From: Octopus bimaculoides
Lineage: Eukaryota
DNA: 42,086 nucleotides
Direction of reading: 5' to 3'
NCBI RefSeq assembly: GCF_001194135.2
Contig: NC_068989.1
Location: forward strand, 76,610,607-76,652,692
The first letter of the stretch is position 1; each line of letters begins with the position of its first letter. Under the pieces are notes generated by a model that was given only the letters and a program-made list of their open reading frames with translations, searched no databases and was not told the origin of the DNA. The position numbers were made by a program, and so were the translations under genes. Positions 36,379 to 42,086 of this stretch are shown here, piece after piece.

Positions 36379-36537
36379 TACGACGGGCTTCTTTCAGTTT
36401 CCGTCTACCAAATCCACTCACAAGGCTTTGGTCGGCCCGACGCTATAGTAGAAGACACTTGCCCAAGGTGCCACGCAGTGGGACTGACCTGGGACCATGT
36501 GGTTGGTAAGCAAGCTACTTACCACACAACCACTCCT
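36084..36537 (-). mobile_element. SINE family A, complete copy
   Basis: Minus strand starts aggagtggttgtgtggtaagtagc (A-box-like) and includes a B-box-like gtcagtccc, a CORE-like ccttgggcaagtgtcttc, an internal (TA)n, and a tail ending aaaagagtaaaagag. Confidence 0.92.
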
Positions 36538-36606
36538 ACATTCTGATTTCAAATTTGGCAGACGTCAACTTTCTCTTTCATCCTCTTTCGGCAGATATAT
36601 AGTATA

Positions 36607-36820
36607 TCAGTCAAGTATTGTGACGTATACAAGCGTTTGTTTCCCCTCTCTTAAAATTTTTGCTTTCTGAGTTTTTAGATGAAATGTCAGTCAAATACTA
36701 TGATCAATATAATCGTTTGTTTCCCCTATCTTAAAATGTTAAGTCACTTTGGGTTGATAGAGGATCAGTCTCCTACTGTAATCAATATAATCATTTCTTT
36801 CTCCCCTGTTAAAATTTTAT
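36607..36820 (+). repeat. Degenerate about 79-bp tandem triplication
   Basis: Units begin tcagtc at 36607, 36687 and 36765, each with ...(aa)tcgtttgtttcccct.tcttaaaat-like cores. Confidence 0.7.
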
Positions 36821-36887
36821 ATCTTGAACCTATTGTCTAAACAATACATGACCGAAGATGAATTTACGAAACATTAAATAACAAATA

Positions 36888-37015
36888 ATAATAATGATGG
36901 TCTCAAATATTCTGACAGGGCCAGTAATTTTGAGAGGGGTGTGATTAACAATTACATTGACACTGGTACATGATTTTATCGGTCTTTAAGGATGAAAGGC
37001 AAAGTTACCTCAGAC
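36888..37015 (-). mobile_element. SINE family B (B2) 3' part, degenerate
   Basis: aataataatgatggtctcaaat...ggccagtaatttt...caattacattgacactggtac...ggatgaaaggcaaag. Confidence 0.65.
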
Positions 37016-37100
37016 TGTCTTACTAATGATGTCTTACTAATTATCTATCTCTCTATTTATCTATACATACATACGTGCACACACACACGCACACGCACGC

Positions 37101-37143
<43 letters not shown>

Positions 37144-38144
37144 CATACACACACTGACATACTTATTTCTTCAAATATTCGTTTTCTAATCATTTTTATA
37201 TTTTCAACTTACTACTCTGGTCTTCCGGATTCGCCATATATTTCTAATTGCATCAACGCCGAGTAAACTTGGGATTCGAACNNNNNNNNNNNNNNNNNNN
37301 NNNNNNNNNNNNNNNNNNNNNNNNNNNNNNNNNNNNNNNNNNNNNNNNNNNNNNNNNNNNNNNNNNNNNNNNNNNNNNNNNNNNNNNNNNNNNNNNNNNN
37401 NNNNNNNNNNNNNNNNNNNNNNNNNNNNNNNNNNNNNNNNNNNNNNNNNNNNNNNNNNNNNNNNNNNNNNNNNNNNNNNNNNNNNNNNNNNNNNNNNNNN
37501 NNNNNNNNNNNNNNNNNNNNNNNNNNNNNNNNNNNNNNNNNNNNNNNNNNNNNNNNNNNNNNNNNNNNNNNNNNNNNNNNNNNNNNNNNNNNNNNNNNNN
37601 NNNNNNNNNNNNNAGAAAGAGAGCAGTATAAGTGAATGGAGAGGAGAGAAAATAGTAAGTCAGTGAAGGAAAAGTAGTAAGAGTAATAGCCTTGATTGAG
37701 AGAGAGTGAAAGAAAGTAATAGCAATGGAGAAAGGAAAGGGCGACAGATGAATAACGAAGGAAGAGGTGAAAAAAATCAGCGTATCATCGCTGTGTGAGT
37801 ATGTGTATGTATGTAAAAGGGAAGTATGTGAATGTGTGTGTGTGTTAGGTTTGGTGAGGTTGTGTGTGTGTGCGCAATGGAAATGGGATGGCGAACGTAC
37901 AACGCTGAAAAGAACAGTCTGACTGCATTACTTACGATTCTGTTTGAGTATATGTGTGTATGTGTGTGCGTATACAGGGGAAGTATGGGAATGCTTGTAT
38001 AATCTGTGATTATTACGTACGTTATTTTGTAACTTATTTGTATATAAAATACTACAATTAGCTGTCATTTTTGACGGCACGGGGTCAGCTACTCTTCATA
38101 TAAGGAAGATAACTTGGCATAATGAGTAGCTAGCTGAGTACTCC

Positions 38145-38191
38145 TCATTGAGTAATTATTACATCATTGAGTAATTATTACATCATTGAGT
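38145..38191 (+). repeat. 19-bp tandem duplication (2.5 copies)
   Basis: tcattgagtaattattaca at 38145 and 38164, plus a partial copy at 38183. Confidence 0.9.
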
Positions 38192-39558
38192 TTGTTAGCT
38201 TGGAAAAATATGTAGCCTGAATTTACCTGTTCCACTCCCTCAATTTAGATTGCACATACACACACGCACACACACACACACAGAGACAGTCCTCACACAC
38301 TCAAGCACACACACACAAACACAAATACATACATACACACACACATATATATATACATGCAGGATATATCACCAGGATATGAAGGCTTGCTCAATAAAGA
38401 TTACTGAATATCGGTCTCTTTAAAACACCCCACCTTCCCTCTCTTTGTGAGCATGTGTGCTCGTATATACATGCATGCATACATACATACATACATACAG
38501 ACATACATAAAATATACATACACAAACATATATACGTATATATATATAGACATATAATATACATATATACAAATGCAGACTTATGTCCATATATTTTATG
38601 CATGTTTTGTATATTTATATTCTTGTGTATGTACTTGGGTCGTGTGTGCTTGTGCATACATGAATATACAGCACAAATGCAAATACAATATTTGCAGGAA
38701 GTCACTAAGTGAGTAGAAGTCGAACAGACAATCGAATTGATGTTCTAACGTTGCGTTGAATATTTAAAAAAAATTCTCATAATATTTATCACGAAATGTA
38801 ATATATATATATATATATNNNNNNNNNNNNNNNNNNNNNNNNNNNNNNNNNNNNNNNNNNNNNNNNNNNNNNNNNNNNNNNNNNNNNNNNNNNNNNNNNN
38901 NNNNNNNNNNNNNNNNNNNNNNNNNNNNNNNNNNNNNNNNNNNNNNNNNNNNNNNNNNNNNNNNNNNNNNNNNNNNNNNNNNNNNNNNNNNNNNNNNNNN
39001 NNNNNNNNNNNNNNNNNNNNNNNNNNNNNNNNNNNNNNNNNNNNNNNNNNNNNNNNNNNNNNNNNNNNNNNNNNNNNNNNNNNNNNNNNNNNNNNNNNNN
39101 NNNNNNNNNNNNNNNNNNNNNNNNNNNNNNNNNNNNNNNNNNNNNNNNNNNNNNNNNNNNNNNNNNNNNNNNNNNNNNNNNNNNNNNNNNNNGACTAAAC
39201 TTAAAACTTGCAGTTATTGCATTCGGAACCAATTTATTTGGTTATGATATAAATGAATATAAAAAAAAAAGAAACGGTCATACCAAGATTTATGCTTAAT
39301 ATTCATTTCAGATTTTTCCATCTCTCTCTCTACCTCTCTATATTCCCTCCCTCTTTATATATATGTGTGTGTGTGAGTGTGTATATATATACATTTTTAT
39401 ATATATATATCTTTACATCTCTTGTTGATTTAGTGTATCTGCACGTATTTCTGTGTCTGTATGTATGAATTTGTGAAACTAAAGTAAATGACAAATACAA
39501 TATCTCCAATAGTTTGATATGTCTAGATACTTAGGGCAGGCGGGAGCATCACGCTCTC

Positions 39559-39607
<49 letters not shown>

Positions 39608-40052
39608 AACACACACACGCGCACACACACTCGCAGTTCTATAAATTGACAAACTCTGTTGTAGCTTCACTGAACAGTGTTTAGTGTTATGAAATAATTG
39701 AAATTACACCTATAAATTTTCTGTTTTGAATTTAACATATTTTTAGACTATAGATTCATATATTCAATTGGCGTTATGAGATTTTATAGCGTCCCAAATT
39801 ATAATTGTTTTTCTTATTGATTTTGGCGAGTCTATATAATATCATTGAGAATTTCTTACATTAAAATATATTCGGGAATTTAAATACGTGTTTGAGATTA
39901 ACGTTTTGAGCTTGCATATACATACATTCATACATACATGCATACATACATACATACATACACGCACACACATCCACATATATAATATATGTTCACACAC
40001 ACATATACATATATACATATATCTACACATGCATATATATCCGTGTGTGTGT

Positions 40053-40103
<51 letters not shown>

Positions 40104-41028
40104 CGTATGGCTGTTTCTGTAAATACGTTAACGGGAAGGATATTCTATGAGCTTCTGAATATACATTCGTTTTATTTTTCTCTCTAATGATGAAGATGAA
40201 TATTAAATTCTCGTGATTATGCATGTTTCACAGACTTTACAAACAGAAGAGATATGAAAATATTTTCGCAATTAATTTGTGAATCGAAACGCAGAAACAT
40301 CTTCCATGCTATAAAGCTCGCCTGGGAGAAGGTATTGGGTTAATTTTTCTCTGGCAGAACAAATAAAATGCTATTTTCTTCCTTTTTGTATGGGGAATGC
40401 TGTACTTTTAATTTCATTAATTCTCTTGTAGATATTCCGAACTTAACTTAAATAATAAGATTCTTCAAGCACATAAGATATTTTAACCATAAAATAGTAT
40501 CTTGCCTCATCGGTCGCTTATGTTCCACACAAATTGAAAAAGATACACAACACCATCGTACTTTTAGCACGATAAGTTTCATTTATTCGGGGCTGGGTTT
40601 AAACAAGTTGATATAAATTTTATTCCACAAACGTTTTAGAGTTACTTTATAAATGGAATTGCTTTAAGAAGGCATTAAAAATGGGTATCCTATCAACTTT
40701 CATTTAAAACTACTGTATAAAATGCATAATTTTGTCAGTGAACAGGTCGCGATCTCAAAGCGACGAAAATATTTTGACAAATTAAATTTAAATGTTGAAG
40801 TGAATGTGACGGCTTTTGTGTGTTATTTTAAATGACTTATAAACACCTTCCACGCTGCAATTGTTTTCGTTCCAGCACACGATCTCAGATCAGGTCACTT
40901 GCTATGCAAGTACATCTCCGTAAAATACATAAATTATCTAAGTATTTCTCCATCCATCAAATAACAGGCTTTGTTTAAGTTCGATAATCGGATGTCATGC
41001 TCGAAACACATAAAATACTATAAATAAT

Positions 41029-41237
41029 CCTTTCTACTATAGGCACAAGGACTGAAATTTTGCGGTAGGGAAGTAGTCGATTACATCGACCCCAAGTACT
41101 TAATTTATTTACCTCGAAAGGCTTAAAGGCAAAGTCGGTAACGGCGGAATTTGAACTCAGAACGTAAAGATGGATGAAATGTAATTAAGCATTTATAACG
41201 ACGTGCTAAAAATCCTGGCAGCTTGCCACATTGAAAC
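41029..41237 (-). mobile_element. SINE family B (B1), full length, 16-bp TSD
   Basis: cctttctactataggcacaagg...gattacatcgacccc...ggaatttgaactcagaacgt...ctggcagcttgcc. TSD aaatactataaataat at 41013-41028 and 41238-41253. Confidence 0.9.
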
Positions 41238-41570
41238 AAATACTATAAATAATAACATGCAAATGTCGGATTTTTCAACCCAACAGGATATAAAAAAAGC
41301 CACCGGATCTTAGCTATTATGCCACTGCGCAGGTGCGCGCGGCAGAGGTGAGCCAAGTAGATCGAAACTTGGTCAGTCTGCAATCCTGTTAGCTGCTAGA
41401 TGGTAGTAGGGGTTCGCTCCCCCCTGCTAGCAATATTTTATATATAAAAGGTGCAGAGCTTGCACTGAAAACCAGCTGGTGGAGAATCCTCCTGGGGTTA
41501 AACAAGTAGCAACGCTCAACTGCCACTTTGCTACTCTATCTCCTCTTGAGATTTTATAACTATCTCTTTT

Positions 41571-41750
41571 GCTGGAGTGGCTGAGTGGTAAGAAGCTTGC
41601 TTCCCAACCACATAGTTCTGGGTTCAGTCCCACTNNNNNNNNNNGTGTGTGTGTGTGTGTGTATGTATATATTTTTGCGTCTGACTTTGTCCCCTACCAT
41701 CGCTTGACAACAGCTGATGGTATGTTTGCGTCCACGTGGCTTAGCGGTTC
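41571..41750 (+). mobile_element. SINE family A, sense orientation, middle lost in a 10-N gap
   Basis: ggagtggctgagtggtaagaagcttgcttcccaaccacat...gggttcagtcccact|N|(GT)n...ccatcgcttgacaac...gcttagcggttc. Confidence 0.85.
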
Positions 41751-42086
41751 ACTACATCCAACCCATTAACGATCCATGAACATATTGTTTAAATACCCGC
41801 AATGTTTAGCGATGTAATACTATATTCTTATCAATTATTATGCAAATATATATTTTACAACTTGAAGCAACATAAGCAGACGTTCAAACGCTTTGTCGGT
41901 AATTTAAACTCGTGTACTTAATACGTATACAACCATAGAACAGGTCATTTGCCTCTAAGGCCACGGAAATTTGGAGACGGATTTGTAGTAGAGGGAGTCT
42001 GAAATCAATGGAGTGTGGATGAAATTGATTTCGACCTTGCCGTTTCTCTGAATCTGGACGCAATTTGAAGTTACAGGGAAATCAGC

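Noticed and set aside
4821-39232. Long ORFs containing X-runs, and HT/CV/YI/LSIY/RE dipeptide ORFs
   Set aside because: They are artefacts of N-gaps and dinucleotide or tetranucleotide microsatellites that lack stop codons.
1-42086. CRISPR array, rRNA, prokaryotic operon or defence system
   Set aside because: There are no regularly spaced repeat-spacer units, no rRNA-like sequence and no dense coding; the sequence is eukaryotic non-coding DNA.

Overview
AT-rich eukaryotic DNA from a gapped short-read assembly: N-runs sit almost entirely on long CA/TA/GA microsatellites. The interspersed repeats look like those of an octopus/coleoid cephalopod. That taxon is an inference from repeat style, not a database result. 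I found no complete protein-coding gene, rRNA, true tRNA or CRISPR array. The window is intronic/intergenic and packed with: (i) three tRNA-derived SINE families (about 20 copies, three with clean TSDs); (ii) decayed LINEs: R4/Dong-type restriction-like-endonuclease 3' ends embedded in (TAA)n arrays, RTE fragments and very old CR1/L2-like RT relics; (iii) two dead Tc1/mariner transposases (a DD37D/maT type and a DD34D mariner); (iv) abundant simple repeats, which generate nearly all ORFs in the supplied track. The best coding candidates are a minus-strand T/N-rich ORF running off the left edge (ATG 319, with a plausible spliced leader) and an orphan 148-nt exon candidate at 22212-22359. The most interesting structure is retroelement architecture: SINE (ATT)n tails shared tail-to-tail with TAA-tailed retroelements, a fold-back at a Dong 5' junction, a SINE/Dong microhomology junction and an internally inverted RTE copy. 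I do not see clear evidence of a wholly new biological system.
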